From: Phycisphaerae bacterium
GTDB taxonomy: Bacteria; Planctomycetota; Phycisphaerae; SM23-33
Direction of reading: 5' to 3'
Assembly (NCBI GenBank): GCA_046541875.1
Contig: JBKHCL010000001.1
Coordinates: 1,596-65,595 of the forward strand
DNA length: 64,000 nucleotides
Shown one piece after another: positions 1-12,933 of the stretch. A program made the translations under genes and the position numbers. Under the pieces are notes generated by a model that was given only the letters and a program-made list of their open reading frames with translations, was not told the origin of the DNA and did not search any database. The stretch's first letter is position 1. Each line of letters begins with the position of its first letter.

Positions 1-554
1 TGACGCTGGACGTAAGCACCAGGAGCGGGAAGTGGCAGGAGATCAACCGCTCAGCCCCGGCGTCATGGAAGGAGTCGGGCGAGGTGATGACACTGACGAT
101 CGATCATGGCCGAAAGCCTCGCGACGCGGCGTACGCCTATGCCGTGCTACCATCGACCGACCCGCGCCGGATGATCGCGACGGCCGAAAAGGCCGGCGGC
201 GACGGGATACGCGTGGTCGCGAACACGTCCGACCAGCACGCGGTGCACAGCGGGGGCGAGATCGGTATCGTGTTTCGCAAGGCCGGCTCGGTGGAGATAC
301 TTCGCAAGTTCACCATGTCGGCGGATGAGCCCTGCCTGGTGCTGCTGCGAGCGACCGGTAACGATCGGATGCTGCTGTCCGTCGCCGACCCGACGCAGAA
401 GCTGGAGCAGATCACGGTGACACTCAGCGGGTCATTCGACGGGTCGGGTGCCCGATGCGATTCGGCCAAGGACATGACGGCCGTCGTGTTCGACCTGCCC
501 GACGGGCCGCGCGCCGGCAGCACGGTGAGCAAGGAGCTGACACGCTCGAAGTAG
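1..554 (+). CDS. Polysaccharide lyase family 8-like protein, C-terminal fragment (5' part lies outside the window)
   Basis: Frame 3 is open from the window edge to TAG 552-554. The tail ...GKWQEINRS...TIDHGRKPRDAAYAYAVLPS...VVANTSDQHAVH... resembles the C-terminal beta-sandwich of chondroitin-AC/hyaluronate/xanthan lyases (recalled similarity, not searched). Confidence 0.5.
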   Translation, partial: TLDVSTRSGKWQEINRSAPASWKESGEVMTLTIDHGRKPRDAAYAYAVLPSTDPRRMIATAEKAGGDGIRVVANTSDQHAVHSGGEIGIVFRKAGSVEILRKFTMSADEPCLVLLRATGNDRMLLSVADPTQKLEQITVTLSGSFDGSGARCDSAKDMTAVVFDLPDGPRAGSTVSKELTRSK

Positions 555-575
555 CAGCCGGTTTGCCGGCCGCGA

Positions 576-675
576 TCACCCGAGTTTTTTGAGGATCTGG
601 TCGATCGCCTCATACTCGCGGGACATCTCCGAGAGTTGTTCGCGGTGCTGCTGGACGACTTCGTCGGGAGCTTCG
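576..675 (-). repeat. Copy A of a 100-bp direct repeat: remnant of the last 32 codons plus TGA of the bifunctional-nuclease gene
   Basis: 98/100 identical to 2012-2111 at an offset of 1436 bp. Mismatches are only at 588 vs 2024 and 669 vs 2105. The repeat starts exactly at the TGA (tca 576-578). An in-frame TGA at 684-686 shows it is not part of a longer ORF. Confidence 0.95.
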
Positions 676-678
676 ACA

Positions 679-1893
679 TCATTTCACAGCGGTAGCTATG
701 TTCTGTACGAGCAGGCTTGGCCCGTGCCATTGCCAAGCCACCAGATTGCCATTTGGCCCGGCGGCCAAACAACTCCATGGTTTCCCGTTTGAGGGAAGGT
801 CCAAGGGGGCGGACCATGCGGCGCCGTTCCACACAAGGACCCGTTCGTCCACCAATGCGGCGAGTTTCCCTCCTGGCATGGGTTTGATCACGGGTGGGGA
901 AGGGTAGTACTCATGGTTGCCGTTTACAGACGGCTCGGGACCATCGGCGGTGGCTGACGCTGGCCAATGGTAGCGCCAGTGTCCCATCGATCCCCACGAC
1001 CATGCGTGGATATGACCCCAGCCATCCATTGTGGCGAATCCGTCGGCCTTCGATCCCGGTGAGGTGAGCTTGGTAAGTGAACCCCATCGACCCTCACGCA
1101 GCAGTTGATAGGCAATGTGCTCTGGTCGGTGTTCCATCCATGTGAACGCACTGACGGTACCTGAAACGAGTATCATATTGTCCGGACCCGCGCTCAGTGC
1201 CAACTGACGAACGTAAAAGCGTCCTCGGCCCGTCGTGGCTTGCGGAGTGCTCCACCGCTTTCCGTCAAAGGTGACATGATGGATTTTGTTCGCAGACGCC
1301 CCCTCGACCATGGGAAAACCGATTCCGTAGGACTCTTTCGGCACGAGTCTGCGGGCGTATACGAGGTGAACTACTCCATCAGTATCAGTGACGGCAGCCA
1401 AGCTTGAGACGAAGTCGCATGCCTGCAGACGGTCGATGCTCACTGGGGTAGACCAACGCTTTTCCTTCCGGTGGATGGCGGCGACGAATTCGCCTGTATG
1501 GTCGTCGTAACCGGCAACGATTAAGAGGGGCCGACCCTTCGTGTCGAGCAGGAGGGTCATTGCCTCGATGTAACTCCATTTTCCGCCGCCGATCGCTGCT
1601 GGCTTGCTCCATCCGTCCCTGCCGCGGACCATATATGAGATCGTCCCTGGAGACCAGCCCCTGAAGAATACCCAGAGACGAGATTGACTGTCGTAGACCA
1701 TGCATGAGCTGTCGTCCCCCACTGGCGGCGGAACACGAAGAACCTTGCTCCCCTCGAGTGACAGGCGTATCCGCGGCGGGTCGGCCGGCGCGGTCGGCGA
1801 TGGCAAGCCGTTCTTTTCCCGGCAACCGACACCCGCAGCGATAAGAAGGACCAGGAATGAACCGATCATGAGGGGGTCGCTCTGAAAACGCAT
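679..1893 (-). CDS. Secreted or lipoprotein beta-propeller-like protein with BNR/Asp-box-like W-S-x-P repeats
   Basis: ORF 679-1926. The ATG at 1893 is preceded by GGGAG 5 nt upstream. The N-terminus MRFQSDPLMIGSFLVLLIAAGVGC is a signal peptide plus Cys. Spaced motifs DGWSKP, KRWSTP (twice), GRWGSL and AAWSAP are present. Confidence 0.6.
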   Translation of the reverse strand: MRFQSDPLMIGSFLVLLIAAGVGCREKNGLPSPTAPADPPRIRLSLEGSKVLRVPPPVGDDSSCMVYDSQSRLWVFFRGWSPGTISYMVRGRDGWSKPAAIGGGKWSYIEAMTLLLDTKGRPLLIVAGYDDHTGEFVAAIHRKEKRWSTPVSIDRLQACDFVSSLAAVTDTDGVVHLVYARRLVPKESYGIGFPMVEGASANKIHHVTFDGKRWSTPQATTGRGRFYVRQLALSAGPDNMILVSGTVSAFTWMEHRPEHIAYQLLREGRWGSLTKLTSPGSKADGFATMDGWGHIHAWSWGSMGHWRYHWPASATADGPEPSVNGNHEYYPSPPVIKPMPGGKLAALVDERVLVWNGAAWSAPLDLPSNGKPWSCLAAGPNGNLVAWQWHGPSLLVQNIATAVK

Positions 1894-2011
1894 CGGTACT
1901 CCCATGGATTGCCTTGTGTCGCGCAACGCCTGATATAAGCATACTTCCTATGTTGGCGTCTGTCACATGTGAGGCGGAAGCATGGCACGACAGCTGCCGG
2001 CGGCCTCAAAT

Positions 2012-2111
2012 TCACCCGAGTTTCTTGAGGATCTGGTCGATCGCCTCATACTCGCGGGACATCTCCGAGAGTTGTTCGCGGTGCTGCTGGACGACTTCGT
2101 CGGGCGCTTCG
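2012..2111 (-). repeat. Copy B of the 100-bp direct repeat (functional 3' end of the nuclease CDS)
   Basis: See copy A. Both differences fall on third codon positions and are synonymous in the nuclease frame (AAG/AAA Lys, GCG/GCT Ala). Confidence 0.95.
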
Positions 2112-2638
2112 GAGATGAAATGCTGGTTCTCCAGCAGCTCGGAAAACTGTTCGATGCGTTCCTGGAGCATCGCCAGCCGACGGCGGAGCAACTCGATGCG
2201 TTCTTCCATGCTGCTGGGCGGCGGGGCGGTGCACTGGTCGATGACCGCGTCCGAGCAGTACAGGGGAATGTCATGGGCGGACGCGATGGCGACGGCGTCG
2301 GACGGGCGGGAGTCGACTTCCACCATGCGGCCGCCCTGGCGCAGAAAGATCGTGGCGATGAACGTACCACCGGGCCCGTACTCGTCCTGGCGAAGGTCGC
2401 TGACCACGACGCGCTCGATGCGCGCATCGAGGGCGTCGAGGATATTGTCGATCAGGTCGTGAGTCATCGGGCGGGGCGTTTCGATGCCCTTCAGCCGGCG
2501 GTCGATGGCGACGGCTTCGTGAATACCGATGACGATGGGAAACTGGCGTTGCTCGCCTTCTTTCTCGCGGAGGAAAATCACCTGCTGTTCACCCAGCTCA
2601 GTGATCACCACGCGCGAGAGCTCCACGGGAATCTCCAT
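2012..2638 (-). CDS. Bifunctional nuclease (BFN/DUF151) family protein with a C-terminal coiled-coil tail
   Basis: Runs from ATG (rc) 2636-2638 to TGA 2012-2014, 208 aa. Contains [24 protein letters not shown] and [12 protein letters not shown], typical of BFN-domain proteins. The 1460-aa ORF in the track is this gene fused to an antisense shadow of carB. Confidence 0.75.
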   Translation of the reverse strand: MEIPVELSRVVITELGEQQVIFLREKEGEQRQFPIVIGIHEAVAIDRRLKGIETPRPMTHDLIDNILDALDARIERVVVSDLRQDEYGPGGTFIATIFLRQGGRMVEVDSRPSDAVAIASAHDIPLYCSDAVIDQCTAPPPSSMEERIELLRRRLAMLQERIEQFSELLENQHFISEAPDEVVQQHREQLSEMSREYEAIDQILKKLG

Positions 2639-2863
2639 GGGCGCACCTCCAGCCGTTCGAGTGACGTTCCAACGCATTGTAGGAAGCCCGGGAAGCAAAG
2701 GCAACGAGAGAGCGAATTGGTGCGGTTTGCGGCGATTCATCGGATTCGCTTGCCCGGTGGCGCGTCCTGTGGTAACGTGCGGCGATTTTACCGGGTATCC
2801 GTGTGCGCCCGCGACGGACGGAACCGCCGCGTGGGCGCAACCCAGAGCACAAGAAAGGCGACT

Positions 2864-6301
<3,438 letters not shown>

Positions 6302-6393
6302 GCCTGGCCTTACGCCTGTCTGCCGGCATGTGGGGCGCTGAGGTGTATAATGGTTCAGTCGATACAAATCATTCCCCGCAAAGGAGACGCCCA

Positions 6394-7236
6394 ATGAAGC
6401 GCACAGCGCGATGGACGAAGTGGATGCCGGCGATGATGGTCGCGATCATGAGCATCTCGACGCTGACCGCCGGCGGTTGCGGGGGGATGCTCATCTCCCG
6501 CGAGCAGGAAATCGCCATGGGTCGCGAAGCGGCCCCGAAGTTCACCGAGGAATTCGGCGGCGAGCTCAAGGACGTCGCGCTGCAGGACTACGTGACCACC
6601 GTGGGCAAGACGGTGGCGGCCAAGTCCGACCGCGAGATGCCCTACACCTTCACCATTGTGCGATCCGACGTGCCCAACGCCTTCGCCCTTCCGGGCGGAC
6701 CGATCTTCCTGACGGCCGGCCTGATGGCACGGATGGAGAACGAACGCGAGCTGGCGGCAGTGCTGGGGCACGAAGTGGCGCACATCGCCAATCGGCACAA
6801 CGTCAAGCAGTTGGAAAAGCAGATGGGCGCGATGCTGTTGATCGAGGTGGCGAAAATCGCCGTCGGCGAGGAGAACGCCGGGGCCACCGAGCAGGTGGGC
6901 AAGCTCGTGACCAACATGGCCCTGCTGAAGTACTCACGTAAAGACGAGTACCAGGCCGATGCCGACGGGCTGGTCTACATGGAAAAAGCCAACTACAACC
7001 CGTGGGGCATGGTCGAACTGCTCCGCACGCTCAAGGAACTCTCGGGGAAAGGCAGCGACCTGACCGAAATGTTCCAGACCCACCCGCTGCCGGAAAACCG
7101 CATCGACAAGGCCGTCGCTGCCGTCAAGGACGAGTACGAATCGTACCAGCTCTCCTCGCCCGATCCCGACGCGCAGCGGTTCCAGCGCATGCGTCGTCGT
7201 CTGCTGAACCACATGAACTGGAAAGACCCGCGATAA
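6394..7236 (+). CDS. M48-family zinc metalloprotease lipoprotein (BepA/YcaL-like)
   Basis: AAGGAG at 6381-6386 precedes ATG 6394. Signal peptide with lipobox-like LTAGGC, the HEVAH zinc motif, and NAFALPGG. Confidence 0.85.
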   Translation: MKRTARWTKWMPAMMVAIMSISTLTAGGCGGMLISREQEIAMGREAAPKFTEEFGGELKDVALQDYVTTVGKTVAAKSDREMPYTFTIVRSDVPNAFALPGGPIFLTAGLMARMENERELAAVLGHEVAHIANRHNVKQLEKQMGAMLLIEVAKIAVGEENAGATEQVGKLVTNMALLKYSRKDEYQADADGLVYMEKANYNPWGMVELLRTLKELSGKGSDLTEMFQTHPLPENRIDKAVAAVKDEYESYQLSSPDPDAQRFQRMRRRLLNHMNWKDPR

Positions 7237-7257
7237 GCTCCGCCAACGCTGTGGCCG

Positions 7258-8619
7258 TTACGGATTGCCCCAGGTGCTCTGCGTGCTATCGGCCGACGTG
7301 CCCCATCCCGTTCGGCTGCGCCGCGTGCGCTGGGGGGAGGTGGTCTCAGAGCGGCGGACGCTGCTGCTGCGGCGGGCCGGCCTGGACCGTTCGAGCAGGC
7401 GTTTGCGGATGATCTCCTCGCGGGCACTCTTCTGAGGCTCGCGCTGCCAGGGCGGAAGAACCTGGTCGGTTGACTTGGTGGAAGAGTCGGCCGGCGTGGT
7501 CGGTTTGGCCGGCTTGACGGGCTTGGTGGATGCACGTCGACGGGTGCGTCCCGGATTGATCCACCCGTTGTCAGGACGGCCGCCCTGGTCTTCGCGAGGA
7601 AAGAGGATGACCGTGGGAATCGCGATCATCTGGATCGTTCCGTGCGAGAAGGTTCCCCCACCCCCGGAGAGTGTCACATATCGCCCGCCGGGGGCGGCAA
7701 CGCTGCGGAAGCCGATCACCGAACCGCTGAAGATGTTCGAGATCTGCGGGTCCAGCGCCAATCGCCCTTGCACGTGGGAATCGCCCCAGGTGTGCGACAC
7801 GTCGATCTGCAGACCCTGGGCGATATTGAAATCGTCTGAGTTCAGCGGCGGGTTATCCACGCCAATCAGCGGGGTGTCCTGCGGGCGATCTTCACCGGTG
7901 GAGTCCTGCCTGTTCGCCGGTCGGCGGGCATCGGAAGCGTGGGAGCGGTCCTTCTGAGCCGATTCGCGTCGGGCGGGAGCTTCGTCAAGACGGGCCGGCT
8001 GATTCGCGCCGGCGTTGCGAGTGGATTCAACGCGGGCCGGGGCGTCGGGCTGGTCTGCGGTCTGCGGTTGGGTGATCTTGGCGGCCGCCTCGTGAAGGGC
8101 GGTGCGATACGCCTCGTCTTGGCCGAAAGTTGCGCGGATGACGTCGACCTTTCGCCGCAGCGCGAAGGCCTGGGGCGAGGTCCGACGATGCTCCTGGTAC
8201 CACGCCACCAGCCGACCGGCCGATGCGGGGATCCCGTCGCGATCCTTGAGCGAGTCGCTATGGGCCCGGAGCGTCTCGATGGCGTCGGCGTACTGTTCCC
8301 GTTGCACCTGCGTAAGCAGGATGGCCGACCAGCCCACGGCGCTGTCGTCGTCCATGGTCACCAGCAAACGGGCGGCCGACTGGGCGCGGGCGGGCTTGCC
8401 CAGCGCGATGAGCCTCTCGACGAATGCCTCGCGGGCCGACAGGCTCGTTCGGTCCTGCCGCAGCGCCGCCCGATAGGCAGCCGACGCGTCGGACGGCGTT
8501 CGGGCCGACCGGATCGCGCGGATGCGGGCCGGCAGCGATTGGGCATCGGCTGTGCTCGCCGACACGGCCAGGACGGCTGACAGTATGATCGTCGTGATTG
8601 CCTGATGATGGATGCGCAT
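7258..8619 (-). CDS. Hypothetical secreted protein (helical N-domain, Pro/Arg/Ser-rich linker and tail)
   Basis: ATG (rc) 8617-8619. Signal peptide MRIHHQAITTIILSAVLAVSASTADA. No family recognised. Confidence 0.55.
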   Translation of the reverse strand: MRIHHQAITTIILSAVLAVSASTADAQSLPARIRAIRSARTPSDASAAYRAALRQDRTSLSAREAFVERLIALGKPARAQSAARLLVTMDDDSAVGWSAILLTQVQREQYADAIETLRAHSDSLKDRDGIPASAGRLVAWYQEHRRTSPQAFALRRKVDVIRATFGQDEAYRTALHEAAAKITQPQTADQPDAPARVESTRNAGANQPARLDEAPARRESAQKDRSHASDARRPANRQDSTGEDRPQDTPLIGVDNPPLNSDDFNIAQGLQIDVSHTWGDSHVQGRLALDPQISNIFSGSVIGFRSVAAPGGRYVTLSGGGGTFSHGTIQMIAIPTVILFPREDQGGRPDNGWINPGRTRRRASTKPVKPAKPTTPADSSTKSTDQVLPPWQREPQKSAREEIIRKRLLERSRPARRSSSVRRSETTSPQRTRRSRTGWGTSADSTQSTWGNP

Positions 8620-8721
8620 GGGTCATCTCCCCGGCCGAGCGGCCTTGGAGCAATGTCTACACGTCATTATATACGACGTGCTCACCGGCTGGGTGGGTCC
8701 GCGAAAATGAAAAAACTGGGC

Positions 8722-9354
8722 CTACGGCTGCAGGAAAGGGTTGGAGGCCTTCTCGCGAGCGATGGTGGTTTCGTTCCCGTGGCCGGGAAGCACGCGCGTG
8801 TCGCCCGGCAGGGTCAGCAGGGCGGCACCGATGGAGGTGATGAGTTGTTCGGTGTCGGCCTGGGGCAGGTCGGTGCGTCCCACGCTGCCGGCAAAGAGGG
8901 CGTCGCCGGTGAGGACCACCGCATGCTCGGGGGCGTAGAAGCTCACGCCGCCCGGCGTATGGCCGGCGGTGTCCAACACGTTCCAGGACACCCCACCGGC
9001 CTCCAGCGTATCGCCGGGGTTCACCAGGCGGTCGGCGGGCGGGGCGGTCATCTCCCACCCGAACGGGCGGGACATGTTCAGAGACGGATCGGAGAGGAAC
9101 TCCGCGTCCCCGGCCGGGCAGACGACCTCGACGGCGGGGAACGCCTCCTTGACGGCAGCGACGCCGCCGATGTGGTCCACGTGGCCGTGCGTGAGCAGTA
9201 CGACGGCCGGCGCGATGCCCGCCTCGTGGATCCGCTCCAGCAGGGGTTCGGGCCCCAGGCCGGGGTCCACCACGGCGCAGGCGTCGGCGTTGCGAAGCAG
9301 GTAGCTGTTGGTCTGCGTCGGCCCGCAGGGGATGGCCTCGATGGTCAACGGCAT
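8722..9354 (-). CDS. MBL-fold metallo-hydrolase (glyoxalase II-like)
   Basis: THGHVDHIGG metal motif, 210 aa. Starts 7 nt after the stop of the upstream NDK-like gene. Confidence 0.85.
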   Translation of the reverse strand: MPLTIEAIPCGPTQTNSYLLRNADACAVVDPGLGPEPLLERIHEAGIAPAVVLLTHGHVDHIGGVAAVKEAFPAVEVVCPAGDAEFLSDPSLNMSRPFGWEMTAPPADRLVNPGDTLEAGGVSWNVLDTAGHTPGGVSFYAPEHAVVLTGDALFAGSVGRTDLPQADTEQLITSIGAALLTLPGDTRVLPGHGNETTIAREKASNPFLQP

Positions 9355-9361
9355 GGGGCGG

Positions 9362-10579
9362 TTACTCCTCCAGGAACTCGTTGACGATCTCGATCACGTC
9401 GCAGGTGTCCTTGTCCGGCTCCAGCAGGCCCACGATTCGCCGCTCGCGGATGGCGTTCTGGGGCGAGTCGCTGGCGTGGGCGCCGTTTCGCATCAGGTCG
9501 CGTCCAAAGTCGCTGCGGACGGTTCCCGGCTCGGCTTTGGAGGGGTCGGTCGAGCCCAGCACGCGGCGGATCTTCTCGATCGCGTCGGGCCCTTCGTAGA
9601 GCATCGCCAGGCAGCGTGCCCGCGAGGCGGTGGGCTTCTCGCTGGGGGCGATGGTGTCCGGGTGTACGCCGGTCATGTACTCGATGATCTTGTTGAATTC
9701 GCTGATGGCGTTGCGTTCGGCGAGGTGTCGGCCCAGCACTTCCGCGTCGCCCTCGTTGAAGGGAAACTCGTAGGCGTCCTTGAGACGTTCGTAGGCGGGC
9801 TTGGTCACCAGGAACTGCAGCTTCTCGACAAAGATATCCTTGAGCGGCCCGTAGAACTCCTCGCCCTGGGCGACGGTCATGCTGAAGAGCTTCGTGCCCA
9901 CGATCCGCAGGCCGGTATTGGAGAATGTGTCGATGATGTTCCCGGGTCGGCGGGAGCGCTTGTAGAAGTTGTCGGGCTTGAGCATCACCAGCGAGCACTC
10001 GGGGTCTTCGTCGTACTGGAGCGTGCCTTCCAACATGCCGCCATCGCTGAGAGCGTACCGGGCGAAAAGCTTCAGATGCCTGTCGATCACGTCGTTGTGC
10101 GGGCAGGTAATGACGGCCGGCTCGAAGTACTTGACCTTGCCGCCCTCGGTGATGTAGTCGCCGAACGTCCCGCGGATCGTGTCTCCGGCGATCTGTTCGG
10201 TGACCGGTCCGATGACGTCTTCTTTGAGGTGGCGGACGGCGTTTTCGCCCCGGAAGAGCATGAGCATGCAGCGCGGTGCGGCCCCGGCCTGCCGGCCACG
10301 ACGGAGGTTGTTGTCGATGTACTGCGACCACGCATCGCGAATGGTCGGATCGTCCACCGTCGAGCAGATCAGGTCGCGGTAAGCGTCCACGAACTCATCG
10401 GAAAAGATATACATCCGACAGCCGACCAGCTCGAGCTCCGCATTGGCGATGAGTCGGCCGATGATCCCACCGGTTCGACTTTTGTAGAGGCTGTAGGGGG
10501 TAATCAGTGCGTAGGTCAGTTCGTCCACGGCGTCGGTCTCCGTTGCGGTCAATGGTGTTGGAAACGCGGACCATAGCAC
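9362..10579 (-). CDS. Nucleoside-diphosphate-kinase family protein with two tandem NDK-like domains
   Basis: The second domain has LVMLKPD...GTVRSDFG...NGAHASDS, the catalytic-His context. The first has ALITPYS...TIRGTFG, but ITCPHND sits at the HGSDS position. GTG start at 10579; an alternative GTG at 10528 follows GGAG, so the start is uncertain. Confidence 0.7.
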   Translation of the reverse strand: MLWSAFPTPLTATETDAVDELTYALITPYSLYKSRTGGIIGRLIANAELELVGCRMYIFSDEFVDAYRDLICSTVDDPTIRDAWSQYIDNNLRRGRQAGAAPRCMLMLFRGENAVRHLKEDVIGPVTEQIAGDTIRGTFGDYITEGGKVKYFEPAVITCPHNDVIDRHLKLFARYALSDGGMLEGTLQYDEDPECSLVMLKPDNFYKRSRRPGNIIDTFSNTGLRIVGTKLFSMTVAQGEEFYGPLKDIFVEKLQFLVTKPAYERLKDAYEFPFNEGDAEVLGRHLAERNAISEFNKIIEYMTGVHPDTIAPSEKPTASRARCLAMLYEGPDAIEKIRRVLGSTDPSKAEPGTVRSDFGRDLMRNGAHASDSPQNAIRERRIVGLLEPDKDTCDVIEIVNEFLEE

Positions 10580-10648
10580 AGCGGCCGACCGGGGACAAGT
10601 CCGCTTCCAGCCCGGAGAGACAGGCGGAATTCGCCGGTGGGGGGTGAA

Positions 10649-11206
10649 CTACGTAAAGGTTTTCAGGCCATGCTTCTTACGAATGTTCTGGGCGGCGGTG
10701 AGGGCGGTGGTGTCGCTCTTGAAGATCCGGATAAGATTGCTGGTCGATATGCCGATCGAGTCGCCGGCGTCGCCGGCGCGTCCCTCGGCTGCTTCGAGGC
10801 GATCGAGCAGTTGGGCCACTACCGCCCAGAAGCGGTGGTCCTTTCGCCCGACGTCGAGGCGGAGGGGGCCTTTGGGGCGGCGTTTGTCTGTATGGATGCA
10901 CTCGCTCAGAGGCCGACCGGGTGGATCGGCCAGGTCCACCGGGGCGCGCAGCGAAGTGGCGATCTGCTTGCGAAGGCGTTTGAGGGCGAGGCGCTTGTTC
11001 TCGTGCTGCGAGCGGGACTGGTCGCCGGTGCTCATCAGCCCGCTGGGGGCATGTCGCAGGCGGACGGCGGAGGAGACCTTATTGCGGTGTTGTCCGCCGG
11101 GCCCGGAGGACTTGTAGGTGTCCACGGTGCACTGTTTGAGCAGGGCGTCGTCGCTCAGCGGGAGGAACTGGTGGTGCGTGGCGTCGGGTTGGGACGGTTC
11201 GCTCAT
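10649..11206 (-). CDS. Peptide-chain-release-factor-like (RF-1 domain, GGQ) protein with an extra ~100-aa C-terminal region
   Basis: SGPGGQHRNKVSSAVRLRH...RSQHENKRLA matches the GGQ peptidyl-tRNA hydrolase domain. ATG at 11206; an alternative ATG lies at 11218. Confidence 0.7.
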   Translation of the reverse strand: MSEPSQPDATHHQFLPLSDDALLKQCTVDTYKSSGPGGQHRNKVSSAVRLRHAPSGLMSTGDQSRSQHENKRLALKRLRKQIATSLRAPVDLADPPGRPLSECIHTDKRRPKGPLRLDVGRKDHRFWAVVAQLLDRLEAAEGRAGDAGDSIGISTSNLIRIFKSDTTALTAAQNIRKKHGLKTFT

Positions 11207-11535
11207 AGGGGCTATCATACCATCGCGATAGCCTGTTTCACACCGGGCGGTCCGGCGAGAAGGGTGATCGGTTCGCCCGGTGAATCCAGACATTCGCTTC
11301 CTGCGGGCGATGGATGTAAGGTTCTGCCGGCAATTCCATTGCGCGGTTCCGGAGGTCGGCAAGTCGCCGGGCCGGCAGGTTTGGAGGTGGAGGTGGGGTT
11401 GTCGAGTTTTCGGGTGTCGGGTACAATGGGTTCATGCTCATCGGGCCCGGGAGGCCCGGTGCCATGCGTCCCGCGGGCCCGGCCCGGGGAGGCGTTGGAG
11501 GCCCGGTTGTACTTGCTCGAACGGATGGCATACCG

Positions 11536-12885
11536 ATGAACGAATGGACCGACCCGCAGACCCGCGTTGATCGTGCCCACGACCTCTACAAAGAAGGTCG
11601 ATGGACGGAGGCGGCCGACGAGTTGCGCGAGGCGATTCGCCTGAATCCGCACAATGCGTCCTGGCATTTCAATCTCGGTTTGACGCTCGAAGCGATGGGC
11701 GAGTATCCCGACGCGTGCAAGGCCTTCGAGGCGGCGCTCCAGTTGCAGCCTGAAGACGTCGAAACGCTCAACTGCCTGGGCGTGAATCTCACGCGAACCA
11801 GCGAATACGCCGAGGCGCTGGCGTGCTTCCGGAAGGTCGAGGCCATCGACCCCGCCTACGAGCCGAGCTACTGCAACCGCATCATTACGTATACCGAAAT
11901 CGGCGAGCACGACGAGGCCGAGGTGATGTTCTACACGGCCCGGCTGTTCACCGAAGAATGCCCGCTGTGCTACTACAACATGGGCAACAGCTTCTACGTC
12001 CGGGAAGAGTACCAGCGGGCGGCCTATTGCTGGGAGCAGACGCTGCGCATCGATCCCGGGCACCCCGGTGCCCATGCGCGTCTGGCGGAGCTCGCCTGGC
12101 GAGACGGCGAGCTGGCCAAGGCGAAAAACCACTACCAGGCCGAGCTGCTGATCAACGCCACGGACGTCGGGGTCTTGGCGGACCTGGGCGAGCTGCTCAT
12201 CGAGATGGATGACCTGGACGGGGCCGGGGAAATCCTCAAACGGGCGCGGGAACTCGACGCGGACCACGTGGATGTGGTCTACCAGCATGGCCGACTGCTG
12301 ACCCGCCGCGAGCAGTACCACGACGCGCTGGATTGCTTCGGCCGCGTGTTGGAGATGGAGGACGACTACCGCGGGGCACACGCCGGAATGGCCCGGGCCC
12401 TGATTCGCCTGGAGCGGGTCAACGACGGGGCCAAGCACCTGGTGTACGAGCTGAAAACGTGCAAAGACGACGCCCGCATGTTGCACGAGGTGGGCGAGTT
12501 GTTGATCGAGGCGCACCTGACGCGCCACGCCCACAACGTGTTCGAGCGCCTGGTGAAGCTCAACCCCGACGACGCCTACGCCCGTCACAACCTGGCCGTC
12601 AGTTGCTTCATGCTCGAGAAGATCGACGACGGCATCGAGCAGTGCCGCGCCGCGATCCGCATCAAGCCCGATTACTCCCTGGCGATGTACAACCTTGCCC
12701 TGGCGTACCATAAGCGAGGCCAATCGGCCCGGGCGCGGCGGTACGCGTCCAAGGCCTTGGAGCTGAATCCCGACGACGAGCACGTTCAGAAGCTCGCGCG
12801 TCGGCTGGGTGGGGGCGAGGGCGTGCTGGGACGCATCGTCGCCCGCTTGACAGGGCGAGACGACGACGACAGGATAAGATCCTGA
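11536..12885 (+). CDS. Tetratricopeptide (TPR) repeat protein
   Basis: ATG 11536. Repeated 34-aa units such as W..A...L.EAIRLNP.NA, A..AFEAALQLQP and ALELNPDD. Confidence 0.8.
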   Translation: MNEWTDPQTRVDRAHDLYKEGRWTEAADELREAIRLNPHNASWHFNLGLTLEAMGEYPDACKAFEAALQLQPEDVETLNCLGVNLTRTSEYAEALACFRKVEAIDPAYEPSYCNRIITYTEIGEHDEAEVMFYTARLFTEECPLCYYNMGNSFYVREEYQRAAYCWEQTLRIDPGHPGAHARLAELAWRDGELAKAKNHYQAELLINATDVGVLADLGELLIEMDDLDGAGEILKRARELDADHVDVVYQHGRLLTRREQYHDALDCFGRVLEMEDDYRGAHAGMARALIRLERVNDGAKHLVYELKTCKDDARMLHEVGELLIEAHLTRHAHNVFERLVKLNPDDAYARHNLAVSCFMLEKIDDGIEQCRAAIRIKPDYSLAMYNLALAYHKRGQSARARRYASKALELNPDDEHVQKLARRLGGGEGVLGRIVARLTGRDDDDRIRS

Positions 12886-12933
12886 CGCCACGCCCGGCAC
12901 GCTGCCGGGCCCACCAGTTGAAGGGACCATCGC

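Noticed and set aside
1982-2863. N-terminal 294-codon extension of the carB ORF
   Set aside because: It overlaps the nuclease gene in antisense and has no CarB similarity. Canonical CarB begins at [17 protein letters not shown] (ATG 2864).
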